NCBI GenBank assembly: GCA_049840735.1
Contig: JASGJN010000026.1
Location: forward strand, 480,001 to 544,000
Length of the DNA: 64,000 nucleotides
Reading direction: 5' to 3'
Origin: Anaeromyxobacter sp.
Lineage (GTDB): Bacteria; Myxococcota; Myxococcia; Myxococcales; Anaeromyxobacteraceae
The position numbers were made by a program, and so were the translations under genes. Every line of letters starts with the position of its first letter. Within the stretch, counting starts at the first letter, position 1. This document shows positions 41,432 through 52,144 of the stretch, in pieces. The notes below the pieces were generated by a model. That model worked only from the letters and a program-made list of their open reading frames with translations, had not been told where the DNA came from and searched no databases.

Positions 41432-44400
41432 TCAGGCGGCCAGCGCGGTGCTCCGCCGGCCGCCGCTGACCTCGCCGCGCTTCCAGAGGAAGTAGACCGC
41501 CGGGTAGACCAGCAGCTCCATGAGGAAGCTGGTGATCAGGCCGCCCACCATGGGCGCCGCGATGCGCTTCATCACGTCGGCGCCGGCGCCGGTGGACCAC
41601 ATGATGGGCAGCAGGCCCATCATGGCGGCGAACACCGTCATGGCCTTGGGGCGGACGCGCTTCACCGCGCCGTGGATGATGGCCTCCACCAGGTCGGCCT
41701 CGGTGTTGAGCTTGCCCTGCTTCTTGTACTCGTCGTGCGAGAGGTCGAGGAAGAGCAGCATGAACACCCCGGTCTCGGCGTCGAGCCCCATCAGCGCGAT
41801 CAGGCCCACCCAGACCGCGATGGAGACGTTGTAGTCGAGGGCCCAGAGCAGCCAGACCGCGCCGATGGCGGAGAACGGCACCGCCAGCATCACGATGGAC
41901 GCCTTGAAGGCGCTCTTGGTGTTCAGGTAGAGCAGGCCGAAGATGACCAGGATGGTGAGCGGCAGGATGGACTTCAGCCGCTCCTTCACGCGGAGCATGT
42001 TCTCGTACTGGCCGCTCCAGGTCATGGCGTAGCCGGCCGGCGTCTTGACGCTGGCCTCCACCGCCTTCTTGGCCTCGGCCACGTAGCTGCCCACGTCGAT
42101 CTTCGAGGTGTCGAAGTCCACGTAGACGTAGCCCGCCAGGAGCCCGTCCTCGTCGCGGATCATCGACGGCCCCTGGGCCAGCTGCACGTCGGCGATCTCC
42201 TCCATGGGGATCTGGCCCTTGCCGCCCGGGAGCGGCAGCAGCACGCGCCGCAGCGCCGACAGGTCCTCGCGGTAGTCGCGGGCGTAGCGGACGTTGATCC
42301 CGTACCGCTCGCGCCCCTCCACCGTGGTGCTCTGGTTGTCGCCGCCCACCGCGGTCATCACCATCATGTTGGCGTCGTCCACCGAGAGGCCGTAGCGCGC
42401 CAGCTGCTCGCGCTTGAGCACGAAGTCGAGGAAGTAGCCGCCCGCCACGCGCTCGGCGTAGACGCTGCGGGTGCCCGGCACCTTGGAGACCGCCGCCTCG
42501 GTGTCCTTGGCGATCCGCTCGATGGTGGCCAGGTCGGCCCCCATGATCTTGATGCCGATGGGCGTCCGGATGCCGGTGGAGAGCATGTCCAGGCGCCCCT
42601 TGATGGGCATGGTCCAGGCGTTGGAGATGCCGGGCAGCTGGAGCGCCGCGTTCATCTCGGTCTCCAGGTCCTCCTGCGTGATGCGATCGCGCCAGAACGG
42701 GCGCAGCCCGGCCTTGAGCCAGTCCGGCGCCCAGCCGGAGTACCAGCGCGGCACCTCGCGCCACTCCTGCTCCGGCTTGAGGGTGATGGTGGTCTCCATC
42801 ATCGTGAACGGCGCCGGGTCGGTGGAGGTGTTGGCGCGGCCGGCCTTGCCGAAGACCCGCTCCACCTCGGGGAAGGTGCGCAGGATCTTGTCCTGCAGCT
42901 GGAGCGCCTTCTGCGCCTCGGCCACCGACATGCCCGGCTCCACGGCGCTGGGCATGTAGAGGATGGTCCCCTCGCGCAGGGGCGGCATGAACTCCGAGCC
43001 CAGCTGCAGGTAGACCGGGATGCTGGTCAGCACCAGCAGCAGGCTCACGGCGATGGTGGCCTTGGCGTGGCGGACCACGAACCGGCACGGCCGCTCGTAG
43101 AGGTGGTGCAGCGCCCGGGAGATGGGGTGGCGCTCCTCGGAGTGGTACGTCCCCACCAGCGTGGAGGTGGCCAGCCTGGCCAGCATCCGGGGCCGGAAGG
43201 TGAAGGGCTCGATGCGCGCGAAGAGCATGCGCATGGCCGGGTCGAGGGTGATGGCCAGCAGCGCGGCGATGGCCATGGCCAGCGTCTTGGAGTAGGCCAG
43301 CGGCCGGAAGAGCCGGCCCTCCTGATCCACCAGCGTGAAGACCGGCAGGAAGGCGACCGCGATCACCAGCAGCGAGAAGAAGACGCCCGGCCCCACCTCC
43401 AGCAGCGCCTCCAGCCGGACCTGGTGGAAGTCGCCCTTCTTCCCGTCCTTCACCCAGTGGTGGATCTTGTTGTAGGCGTTCTCCACCTCGACGATGGCGC
43501 CGTCCACCAGCACGCCGATGGAGATGGCGATGCCGGCCAGCGACATGAGGTTGGCGTTGAGCCCCATGAAGTACATGGGGATGAAGGCCAGGGCCACCGA
43601 CACCGGGATGGTGACGATGGGGATGATGGCCGAGGGGATGTGCCAGAGGAAGATGAGGATGATGATCGAGACGATGATGATCTCCTCGATCAGCTTGTAC
43701 TTCACCGTCTCGATGGCGTGGCCGATCAGCTCCGAGCGGTCGTAGGTGGTCACCACCTCGACCCCCTTCGGCAGCGACGGCTTCACCTGCTCCAGCTTCG
43801 CCTTGATGCGGTTGATCACGTTGAGGGCGTTCTCGCCCTGCCGCATCACCACGATCCCGCCCACCGCGTCGCCCTGGCCGTCCAGGTCGGCCACGCCGCG
43901 GCGCAGCTCCGGCCCCAGCGCGACGGTGGCCACGTCCTCGATCTTGACCGGCGTGCCGCCCTCGGCGCGCAGCACCATGTTCTCGATGTCGGCGATGGAC
44001 TTCACGTAGCCGCGGCCGCGGACCATGTACTCGCGCCCGGCCAGCTCCACCAGGCGCCCGCCGACGTCGTTGTTGTTGGCCCGCACCGCCTTGATGACCG
44101 CCTCCAGCGGCAGGCCGTAGGAGGCCAGCGCGTTGGGGTTGACGGTCACCTGGTACTGGCGCACCTGCCCGCCCACGGTGGCCACCTCCGAGACGCCGGG
44201 CACGCTCTGGATGGCGTAGCGGAGGAACCAGTCCTGGTAGGTGCGCAGCTCGTCGGAGGAGTGCTGCCCGGTCCGGTCCACCAGCGCGTACTGGAAGACC
44301 CAGCCCACGCTGGAGGCGTCCGGGCCCAGCTCCACCTTCACGTCGCGCGGCAGCTGCGGGGTGATCTTGGACAGGTACTCGAGCACGCGCGTGCGCGCCC

Positions 44401-44710
44401 AGTACATGTCCGTCCCGTCCTCGAAGATGACGTAGACGTAGCTGAACCCGAAGTCGGAGAAGCCGCGGATGGCCTTCACCTTGGGCGCGCCCAGCAGGGC
44501 CGCGGTGATCGGGTAGGTGACCTGGTCCTCCAGGATGTCCGGGCTGCGATCCCACTGCGAGTAGACGATCACCTGCGTGTCGGACAGGTCCGGCAGGGCG
44601 TCGAGCGGGATCTCCTTCATCGTCGCCCAGGCGCCCACCAGGGCGGCGATGGTGACGGCGATGACGACGTACTTGTACTCCGCCGAGAAGCGGATGATGG
44701 CCTTGATCAC
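41432..44710 (-). CDS. cusA: CusA/SilA-type heavy-metal RND efflux pump
   Basis: LDALPDLSDTQVIV, EDQVTYP, YWARTRVLEYL, GSEFMPPL.EG, TDPAP..M.ET, RIAAPMVGG. Confidence 0.93.
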   Translation of the reverse strand: MIKAIIRFSAEYKYVVIAVTIAALVGAWATMKEIPLDALPDLSDTQVIVYSQWDRSPDILEDQVTYPITAALLGAPKVKAIRGFSDFGFSYVYVIFEDGTDMYWARTRVLEYLSKITPQLPRDVKVELGPDASSVGWVFQYALVDRTGQHSSDELRTYQDWFLRYAIQSVPGVSEVATVGGQVRQYQVTVNPNALASYGLPLEAVIKAVRANNNDVGGRLVELAGREYMVRGRGYVKSIADIENMVLRAEGGTPVKIEDVATVALGPELRRGVADLDGQGDAVGGIVVMRQGENALNVINRIKAKLEQVKPSLPKGVEVVTTYDRSELIGHAIETVKYKLIEEIIIVSIIILIFLWHIPSAIIPIVTIPVSVALAFIPMYFMGLNANLMSLAGIAISIGVLVDGAIVEVENAYNKIHHWVKDGKKGDFHQVRLEALLEVGPGVFFSLLVIAVAFLPVFTLVDQEGRLFRPLAYSKTLAMAIAALLAITLDPAMRMLFARIEPFTFRPRMLARLATSTLVGTYHSEERHPISRALHHLYERPCRFVVRHAKATIAVSLLLVLTSIPVYLQLGSEFMPPLREGTILYMPSAVEPGMSVAEAQKALQLQDKILRTFPEVERVFGKAGRANTSTDPAPFTMMETTITLKPEQEWREVPRWYSGWAPDWLKAGLRPFWRDRITQEDLETEMNAALQLPGISNAWTMPIKGRLDMLSTGIRTPIGIKIMGADLATIERIAKDTEAAVSKVPGTRSVYAERVAGGYFLDFVLKREQLARYGLSVDDANMMVMTAVGGDNQSTTVEGRERYGINVRYARDYREDLSALRRVLLPLPGGKGQIPMEEIADVQLAQGPSMIRDEDGLLAGYVYVDFDTSKIDVGSYVAEAKKAVEASVKTPAGYAMTWSGQYENMLRVKERLKSILPLTILVIFGLLYLNTKSAFKASIVMLAVPFSAIGAVWLLWALDYNVSIAVWVGLIALMGLDAETGVFMLLFLDLSHDEYKKQGKLNTEADLVEAIIHGAVKRVRPKAMTVFAAMMGLLPIMWSTGAGADVMKRIAAPMVGGLITSFLMELLVYPAVYFLWKRGEVSGGRRSTALAA

Positions 44711-46224
44711 GGCGCGTGCCCCTGGTGCGCGTCGCCCTGGCCCGCCGCCGCCGGCGTGGCCGGCGCGCCCGCGCCCATGGCCGCCAGCGAGGCGCGCAGG
44801 CGCGACTCGGAGTCGATGAGGAAGTTGGCGCGGGTGACGACCTGGTCGCCCTCGCGCAGCCCGGTGACGACCTCGACGTGCGCGCCGTCGGAGTCGCCCA
44901 GCTCCACCTCGCGGGGCTGGAACTTGCCGTCGCCCAGCGCCACGAAGACCACGCTCTTGGTGCCGGAGTCGATCACCGCGTCGGAGGGGATGCGCAGCCC
45001 CTCGCGGCCGCGCCCCTGGAGCACCACCTCGCCGAACATCTCCGGCTTCAGCTCGCCGGTCGGGTTCCCGAACTCCAGGCGGACGTTGACGCTGCGGGTC
45101 TTCGGGTCGAGCAGCGGGGCGATGAAGGCGACGCGCCCCTGGAAGGTGCGGTTGGGGTAGGCCTTGAGCGTGAGCGTCGCCGACATGCCCACCTTCACGT
45201 GGCGCAGCTCGCTCTCGTAGACGTCCGCCACGACCCACACGCGCGAGAGGTCCACGATCTCGTAGGGCATGTCGCCGGCGTTGACGCGCATCCCCGGCAC
45301 CACGTCCTTGCGCGTGATGACGCCGGTGGCCGGCGCGTAGAACATGACGTCCTTCACCGGCTGGCCGGTGCGGGCGATCTTGGCCAGCTCGCCCTCCGAG
45401 ACGTCCCACAGCTCCAGCTTGCGCCGGGCCGCCGCCACCAGCTCGTCGCCGTCGCTGACGCCGGCCCCGCCGCCCTTCAGGGCGTCGCGGGTGCGCAGCG
45501 CCAGCAGGTACTCCTCCTGCGCGGCCAGCAGCTCGGGGCTGTAGAGCGCGAAGAGCGGCTCGCCCCTCCTCACCGCCTTGCCCACGAAGTCGCCGTGCGC
45601 GTGCTGCACGAAGCCGCCCACCTTGACGTTGACGTGGTGCACGCGCGTCTCGTCCACCGCCACGCGGCCGGTGGTGCGCCAGGCGCCGCCCACCGCGCCG
45701 CGGTCGGCCGCGACGGTGCGCAGCCCGATCAGCTGCTGGCGGGCCGGGTCGATGTTCACGGTGGCGAGCCCCTCCGCGTCGGAGGCGGCGGCCCCCGCCG
45801 CGCCGGCCGCGCCCGCCGCCACCTTGACCAGCTTCATGCCGCAGATCGGGCAGTCGCCGGGGTGGTCCTGGACGATGGTCGGGTGCATGGGGCACTGCCA
45901 GGTGTCGTGCGCGGCGGCCGCCGGCGCGTCCTTGGCCGCGGCCGCCCCGGCCCCGGCCACCTTGACCAGCTTCATGCCGCAGATCGGGCAGTCGCCCGGG
46001 TGGTCCTGCACGATGGTCGGGTGCATGGGGCACTGCCACTGCTCCGCCGCCGCGGCCGGGCCGCCGCCGGCGCTGCCGTGGTCGTGGTCGCGGTGGAGGA
46101 ACCAGCTGCCGCCCAGGGCCAGGCCGGCCGCGGCCAGGGCCACCAGCACGAGGCTGCCGGCGCCGAAGCGCGGGCCGCGGGGAGACGGGGAGGAGGGCTC
46201 GGGGGTCGTCATGGGGTCGGTCAC
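44707..46224 (-). CDS. cusB: CusB-like RND membrane fusion protein with two heavy-metal-binding domains
   Basis: 2x WQCPMHP..DCPICGMKLV, LYSPEL..AQEEYL, LKPEMF, ANFLIDSES. Confidence 0.9.
   Translation of the reverse strand: MTDPMTTPEPSSPSPRGPRFGAGSLVLVALAAAGLALGGSWFLHRDHDHGSAGGGPAAAAEQWQCPMHPTIVQDHPGDCPICGMKLVKVAGAGAAAAKDAPAAAAHDTWQCPMHPTIVQDHPGDCPICGMKLVKVAAGAAGAAGAAASDAEGLATVNIDPARQQLIGLRTVAADRGAVGGAWRTTGRVAVDETRVHHVNVKVGGFVQHAHGDFVGKAVRRGEPLFALYSPELLAAQEEYLLALRTRDALKGGGAGVSDGDELVAAARRKLELWDVSEGELAKIARTGQPVKDVMFYAPATGVITRKDVVPGMRVNAGDMPYEIVDLSRVWVVADVYESELRHVKVGMSATLTLKAYPNRTFQGRVAFIAPLLDPKTRSVNVRLEFGNPTGELKPEMFGEVVLQGRGREGLRIPSDAVIDSGTKSVVFVALGDGKFQPREVELGDSDGAHVEVVTGLREGDQVVTRANFLIDSESRLRASLAAMGAGAPATPAAAGQGDAHQGHAP
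45818..46038 (-). repeat. Near-identical ~83 bp intragenic direct repeat (45818-45900 and 45956-46038)
   Basis: Both copies encode WQCPMHPTIVQDHPGDCPICGMKLVKVA; DNA differs only at a few synonymous positions. Confidence 0.85.
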
Positions 46225-46231
46225 CTGGGGA

Positions 46232-47689
46232 TCACATTCCGGAGTTCATCGAGGAGGAGCCGCCGCTGGCCTCGGCCGGCGCCGCGGCCGCGGGCGCGCC
46301 GCCGCCGGACATCCCGCCGCCGGAGGCGCCCGCGCCCGGCACCGGGGTCCCGCCCATGCCGCCGCCCGCGCCCGCTCCGCCCGGCGCGTCGAGGCTGACC
46401 TCGCCCGCCGCGATGGCGAGCTGCTGGGCCCCCGCGGCGGCCTGCAGGAAGCCGTCCTCGTCGGCGATGTAGCCGGCGTTGGCCTCCAGCACGGAGGCGA
46501 AGGTGAGCTTGCCCACGCGGTACTGCGCCAGCGTGCTCTCGGTGGTGGCGCGGGACTGCACCAGCAGCCCGTCGCGGTAGAGGCGCAAGGTCTCCAGCGC
46601 CGCCGCCAGCGCGTTCCGGCGCTCGGCCACGCGCAGCCGCAGCGTCTGGGCCACGGCCTCCTGGCCCTGCGCGCTGGCCACGCCGCGCGCCTGCCGCTCC
46701 TCGACCGCCTTGCCCTGCTTGCTGCCCGACCAGACCGGCAGGCCGATGGAGACGCTGGCCAGCCACATGGGCTCGAGCTGGCCGCGGGGCATCAGCCCCA
46801 CCGTGAGCCCCAGGTCCGGGAAGCGCTCGCGCCGCGCCAGCGTGGTGCTGGCGTCGGCCTGCCGGGCCGAGAGGCGCGCCGCCGCCAGCTCCGGGCTGCG
46901 CGCGAGGGCGTCGTCCAGCGCGGCCTGCCCGTCCGGCAGCGCCGGCAGCGGCTGGTCGCGCAGCCGCGCGCCCAGCGCGATGGGCTCGTCCAGCGGGTGG
47001 TCGCGGAGCCGGTTGAGCGCCTGCAGCCGGGCGGTCTCGTCGGCCTGCAGCGCCACGCGGCGCTGGCGCAGCCGCACCAGCTCGAGCTGGGCGCGCAGCA
47101 CGTCGGACTGGGCGCCCTCGCCGGCCTCGTAGCGCGCGCGCGCGGTGCCGATCGACTTCTGCCAGAGCGCCTCCAGCTGGTCGAGCAGCCCCAGCCGGTC
47201 GCGGACCAGCTGCAGCGCCAGGTAGGCGCGGCGGACCTCGGCCTCGGCCGTGAGGCGCTGGCGCGAGACGGTCGCCCCGGCGGCCTCGGCGGAGAGCCGG
47301 GCCACGTCCCGGCGCATGCCGCGCTTGCCCGGCCAGGGGAAGCTCTGGCTGAGCATGATCTGGTAGTAGCTCGTCTCCATCTCGCCGATCTGGATCTTCT
47401 CGAAGCCGTCGTTCTGGATGCCCAGCGAGAGGACCGGGTCGGGCAGCGCGCCGACCTGCGGGACGCGCGCGCGCTCGGCCGCCACGCTGGCCTCGGCCTG
47501 CTTCAGCTCCGGCCGCGCGGAGAGCGTGTCATCGATGAGCCCCCGCAGCACCGGGTCGTCCGGCGGCGTGGGGGGCAGCGGCTCGGTCGCGCCCGCCAGC
47601 GGCGCGGCCAGCAGGATGGCCAGCGCGGCCGCCAGCCGGGCGGGGCGCAGGGAGGGCAACGTGCGTGGAGGGCAGGGGGGGAGGGTCAT
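46232..47689 (-). CDS. TolC/CusC-family outer-membrane efflux protein
   Basis: Signal peptide, LPDP.LS, QSFPWPGKR, RYEAG..Q.DVLRAQ; first gene of the RND operon. Confidence 0.88.
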   Translation of the reverse strand: MTLPPCPPRTLPSLRPARLAAALAILLAAPLAGATEPLPPTPPDDPVLRGLIDDTLSARPELKQAEASVAAERARVPQVGALPDPVLSLGIQNDGFEKIQIGEMETSYYQIMLSQSFPWPGKRGMRRDVARLSAEAAGATVSRQRLTAEAEVRRAYLALQLVRDRLGLLDQLEALWQKSIGTARARYEAGEGAQSDVLRAQLELVRLRQRRVALQADETARLQALNRLRDHPLDEPIALGARLRDQPLPALPDGQAALDDALARSPELAAARLSARQADASTTLARRERFPDLGLTVGLMPRGQLEPMWLASVSIGLPVWSGSKQGKAVEERQARGVASAQGQEAVAQTLRLRVAERRNALAAALETLRLYRDGLLVQSRATTESTLAQYRVGKLTFASVLEANAGYIADEDGFLQAAAGAQQLAIAAGEVSLDAPGGAGAGGGMGGTPVPGAGASGGGMSGGGAPAAAAPAEASGGSSSMNSGM

Positions 47690-47705
47690 GTCCGGGCAGG
47701 TCCTT

Positions 47706-47721
47706 AGCGAACCGCGTGCCA
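47706..47721 (-). promoter_or_regulatory. Sigma-54 (-24/-12) promoter of the cus-like operon
   Basis: TGGCACGCGGTTCGCT = GG-N10-GC, just upstream of the ATG at 47689. Confidence 0.7.
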
Positions 47722-47802
47722 GCCGCCGGAGGCGCGGCAGAGCCCGAAAACCAGGGCTGGCCGGAGCTTAAGCGGCCTCCGGAGGCGCCGCCCCGGTCAC
47801 GT

Positions 47803-47819
47803 GTGACGGCGGCAGTCAC
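47803..47819. promoter_or_regulatory. Putative enhancer (activator binding site)
   Basis: GTGAC-N7-GTCAC, repeated at 49398-49414. Confidence 0.6.
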
Positions 47820-47950
47820 GGAGGGGAAAGGGCGAAGCGGGGGCGTGAAGGCGTCGGGCTGGCGGGACCCGGGAGCCCTGCGCCTGGGCGGGGACGCCAG
47901 CCCCGCGTGATCGCCCGCTGGTCCGCGAGTTGCTACGCTGCCTCCCGCAC

Positions 47951-49381
<1,431 letters not shown>

Positions 49382-49397
49382 CCGCCCCGGTCTCACC

Positions 49398-49414
49398 GTG
49401 ACCGGGACGGTCAC
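49398..49414. promoter_or_regulatory. Putative enhancer (activator binding site)
   Basis: GTGACCGGGACGGTCAC. Confidence 0.6.
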
Positions 49415-49478
49415 AGGCGCCTGGCCGTGTGCGCTTGAATTTCACCCTTCCAGGGCCGTCTCTCGGGTGGAAACGCTC

Positions 49479-49494
49479 CGGCACGCCGCGTGCT
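49479..49494 (+). promoter_or_regulatory. Sigma-54 (-24/-12) promoter of the cupredoxin gene
   Basis: CGGCACGCCGCGTGCT = GG-N10-GC. Confidence 0.6.
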
Positions 49495-49528
49495 ATGGAC
49501 CTGCTGCTCTGAGCCGTTTCGCGAACCC

Positions 49529-49583
49529 CCGCTCGCCCTGAGCGTAGCCCCGCCGGCAGGCGGGGCGGAGTCCAAGGGCAGGG
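49529..49583 (+). repeat. Palindromic REP-like element, copy 4
   Basis: CCGCTCGCCCTGAGCGTA-[GCCCCGCCGGCAGGCGGGGC]-GGAGTCCAAGGGCAGGG. Confidence 0.8.
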
Positions 49584-49603
49584 ACCCACAGGAGCCGAAC
49601 CGA

Positions 49604-49984
49604 ATGAACCGCATGCTGCTCGCCGTCTCCGCCGCCGCCGTCCTCTTCGCCGCCACCGCCTGCCGCGCCGAGGACCACTCCCAGCACATGAAGTCGGGCG
49701 CCGCTGCCAAGCCGGGCGCGCGCGTCGTCGCCGTGGAGATCACCGACGACGGCGTGAAGCCGGACCAGATCCAGGCCAAGGCGGGCGAGACGGTGCAGCT
49801 GGCCGTGACGCGGAAGACCGACAGGACCTGCATGACCCACATCGTCCAGAGCGACCTGGGCATCGACAAGGCGCTGCCGCTGGGCCAGACCGTGACCGTG
49901 GACGTGACGCCCAGGGCCGCCGGCAAGATCAAGTTCGTCTGCGGGATGGGGATGGACCTGGCGACGCTGGTGGTGACGAAGTAG
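49604..49984 (+). CDS. Exported cupredoxin-domain protein (CupA-like copper chaperone)
   Basis: Signal/lipoprotein leader (ATAC), DHSQHM, TC..., FVCGMGM. Confidence 0.8.
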   Translation: MNRMLLAVSAAAVLFAATACRAEDHSQHMKSGAAAKPGARVVAVEITDDGVKPDQIQAKAGETVQLAVTRKTDRTCMTHIVQSDLGIDKALPLGQTVTVDVTPRAAGKIKFVCGMGMDLATLVVTK

Positions 49985-49995
49985 CTGCACCCGAA

Positions 49996-50049
49996 CCCTG
50001 CCCTTCGGCTGCGCGGGCCCTGCGGGCTCGCGACGCCCAGGGCGAACGG
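49996..50049 (-). repeat. Palindromic REP-like element, copy 5 (inverted relative to copy 4)
   Basis: Reverse complement CCGTTCGCCCTGGGCGTC-[GCGAGCCCGCAGGGCCCGC]-GCAGCCGAAGGGCAGGG. Confidence 0.75.
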
Positions 50050-50165
50050 GCCCGGTCGTGACGCACGCGCCGGGGTCGGGCCGACGAGGCCTGGCTCCGG
50101 CGCGGCCGTCTCCGGCCGGCGCGGGCGCTGGCTGGGCCCCGCAGCAGGATTAAACCCGGGTGTTA

Positions 50166-50229
50166 TTGACGCCTGCCCGGCGAGGCGCTATGACGGGCTC
50201 GCGAATTTCATCCGGATGAAATCATCCGG
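50166..50229 (+). promoter_or_regulatory. Sigma-70-like promoter with downstream palindromic operator
   Basis: TTGACG-N17-TATGAC (50166-50194); perfect 18-bp palindrome ATTTCATCCGGATGAAAT (50205-50222). Confidence 0.65.
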
Positions 50230-50235
50230 CCGAGG

Positions 50236-50619
50236 ATGAGCATGACCGGGTCCACCGCAGACCGCCGGGCCGAGCTGAAGCGCCAGGCGCGCGAGGAGAA
50301 GCCGCAGGCGGCCGTCTACCAGATCCGCAACCTCGGAACCGGCCAGCTGCTGGTGGAGCGCACGCCCAACGTGAAGACGCTCAACGGCCGCAAGGTGGAG
50401 CTGTCCCGCGGCGTGCACCGCAACGCCCGCCTGCGGGCGGACCTGGCCGCCCGGGGTCCCGGCGCGTTCGTCTTCGAGGTGCTGGAGATCCTGGAGGAGC
50501 CGGAGGACGGGCTGGCGTACCGGAACGACGCGCTCAAGCAGCTCGAGGCGAGGTGGATCGAGCGGCTCCAGCCGTGGGGCGAGCGCGGGTACCACGACGC
50601 GCCGGCCGGCGGCCAGTAG
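50236..50619 (+). CDS. GIY-YIG nuclease-family small protein (LuxR-associated-like subfamily)
   Basis: AVYQIRN..TG, G.HRN..L..D....G..AF.FEVLE, LE..W.E.LQP. Confidence 0.75.
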   Translation: MSMTGSTADRRAELKRQAREEKPQAAVYQIRNLGTGQLLVERTPNVKTLNGRKVELSRGVHRNARLRADLAARGPGAFVFEVLEILEEPEDGLAYRNDALKQLEARWIERLQPWGERGYHDAPAGGQ

Positions 50620-50628
50620 CCCGCCCGC

Positions 50629-51435
50629 TCAGTGCGTCCGCGCCCTGCGCCTGGACCTGCGCCGGACCAGCGGCGCCACCTCCAGGTTCCGGTCGCGGAA
50701 CAGGAAGCCCTGCACCAGGTCCACGCCCAGCGCCTCGGCCACGGCCAGGTCGCCGCGCGTCTCCACGCCCTCCAGCACCGTGCGCACCCCGAGCCGCCGC
50801 GCCAGCCCCACCAGCGCCTCCACCAGCGCGCGGTGGCGCCAGTCGCGCAGGGCGGAGAGCGTGGACCGGTCGAGCTTCAGGTACTGCACGTCCAGCAGGC
50901 TCTCCAGCGAGACCAGCTTGCCCGGCGCGCCCAGATCGTCGAGCGCCACGCCCAGGCCGGCCAGCGAGAGCGCCTGGATCATGCCGCGGATCCGCTCGCC
51001 GTCGCCGTGGCACTCGGTCTCGATCAGCTCCACCACCACCCGGCCGCGCCCGGCCAGCTCGTCCACCAGCGGGAGCTGGCGCGCCTGGCAGCCGGCGAAG
51101 GCAAGCGGGTCCACGTTGACGAACAGGTGGCCGGAGGGCGCGTGATCGAGCTGCACGCGCTTGGCCGCCAGCTCGGCGTCGGCCAGCAGGGCCGGATCGA
51201 GCCGCAGCGCGGAGAAGACGCCGGCGGTGTCGAGCGGCGCGCCGCTGCGGGCGTGCAGGCGGGCGAGCGCCTCGTGGGCGCAGGCGGCGCCGCTGCGCAC
51301 CTCGATCACCGGCTGGTAGCAGACGCCCAGCCGCCCGGCGTCGAGCGCCTCGCGCAGCGCGGCGGGGACGCGGGGGGCCCTGCGGGCGCGTTGGCGGGGG
51401 CGGGGGGTCGTCGTCAGGGCGGTGCCTCGGCTCAT
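50629..51435 (-). CDS. Stand-alone EAL-domain c-di-GMP phosphodiesterase
   Basis: YQP, EALAR, FVNV, VELIE, ALDDLG, LKLD, EGVE, QGF all present. Confidence 0.85.
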   Translation of the reverse strand: MSRGTALTTTPRPRQRARRAPRVPAALREALDAGRLGVCYQPVIEVRSGAACAHEALARLHARSGAPLDTAGVFSALRLDPALLADAELAAKRVQLDHAPSGHLFVNVDPLAFAGCQARQLPLVDELAGRGRVVVELIETECHGDGERIRGMIQALSLAGLGVALDDLGAPGKLVSLESLLDVQYLKLDRSTLSALRDWRHRALVEALVGLARRLGVRTVLEGVETRGDLAVAEALGVDLVQGFLFRDRNLEVAPLVRRRSRRRARTH

Positions 51436-51637
51436 GGGGTGGCTCTTGGCGAGGCTCCTGGAGAGGTGGCGGAGCCCGGGGGCGGATGCGGGCACCTACG
51501 GCGCACGCGCTCCACCCACCGGCTCCGACGTGTGCAATGCTCGGCGCGTCAGAATGCTTCCGGGTGTCTGCGGAAGTTTCGTCCAGCAGGCCCCGTCAGG
51601 GGGCGCCCAGCGCAGCCCCAGGCGTGCTTAGCTGCAC

Positions 51638-51653
51638 GCGCAAACGATTGCGC
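51638..51653. promoter_or_regulatory. LacI-family (RbsR-type) operator upstream of rbsD
   Basis: GCGCAAACGATTGCGC; its 12-bp core differs by one base from the site at 25890. Confidence 0.75.
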
Positions 51654-51712
51654 CAGCCCTTCGCCGGTTCAGCCGCCGGGGGAGCGGGCGCCCCGCCGCA
51701 CCGGGAGGATCG

Positions 51713-52132
51713 ATGAAGCGCGGAACGCTGCTGCATCCCGAGCTCTCGATGGTGATCGCCGCGCTGGGCCACGGCGACACGGTGGTGATCGCCGACGCCG
51801 GCCTGCCGGTCCCGCACGGCGTGAAGCGGATCGACCTGGGGTTCGCGCCGGGCAAGCCGAGCTTCCTCGACGTGCTGGACGCGGTCCTGGCCGAGATGGA
51901 GGTGGAGGCCGCCACGGTGGCCTCGGAGCTCCACCTGGCCGAGTCCAGCGAGTTCCGCGAGGCGCTCCACGCCCGGCTGACCGCGCTCCCGAAGGTCACC
52001 CGAGCCGGTGGCCCCGTCATGGTGCCTCACGAGCAGCTGAAGGCCCTCACCCGGGACGCGAAGGCCATCATCCGCACCGGCGAGTTCACCCCCTACGCAA
52101 ACGTGATCCTCACGAGCAGTGTCGTCTTCTAG
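51713..52132 (+). CDS. rbsD: D-ribose pyranase
   Basis: LGHGD..VIADAGLP, RIDL, HEQLK, IRTGEFTPYANVIL. Confidence 0.93.
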   Translation: MKRGTLLHPELSMVIAALGHGDTVVIADAGLPVPHGVKRIDLGFAPGKPSFLDVLDAVLAEMEVEAATVASELHLAESSEFREALHARLTALPKVTRAGGPVMVPHEQLKALTRDAKAIIRTGEFTPYANVILTSSVVF

Positions 52133-52144
52133 GATGGACGGCCG

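Noticed and set aside
50236..50619. GIY-YIG protein as the mobiliser of the palindromic repeats
   Set aside because: Not flanked by repeats on both sides, motifs look degenerate, and proximity to copy 5 alone is weak evidence
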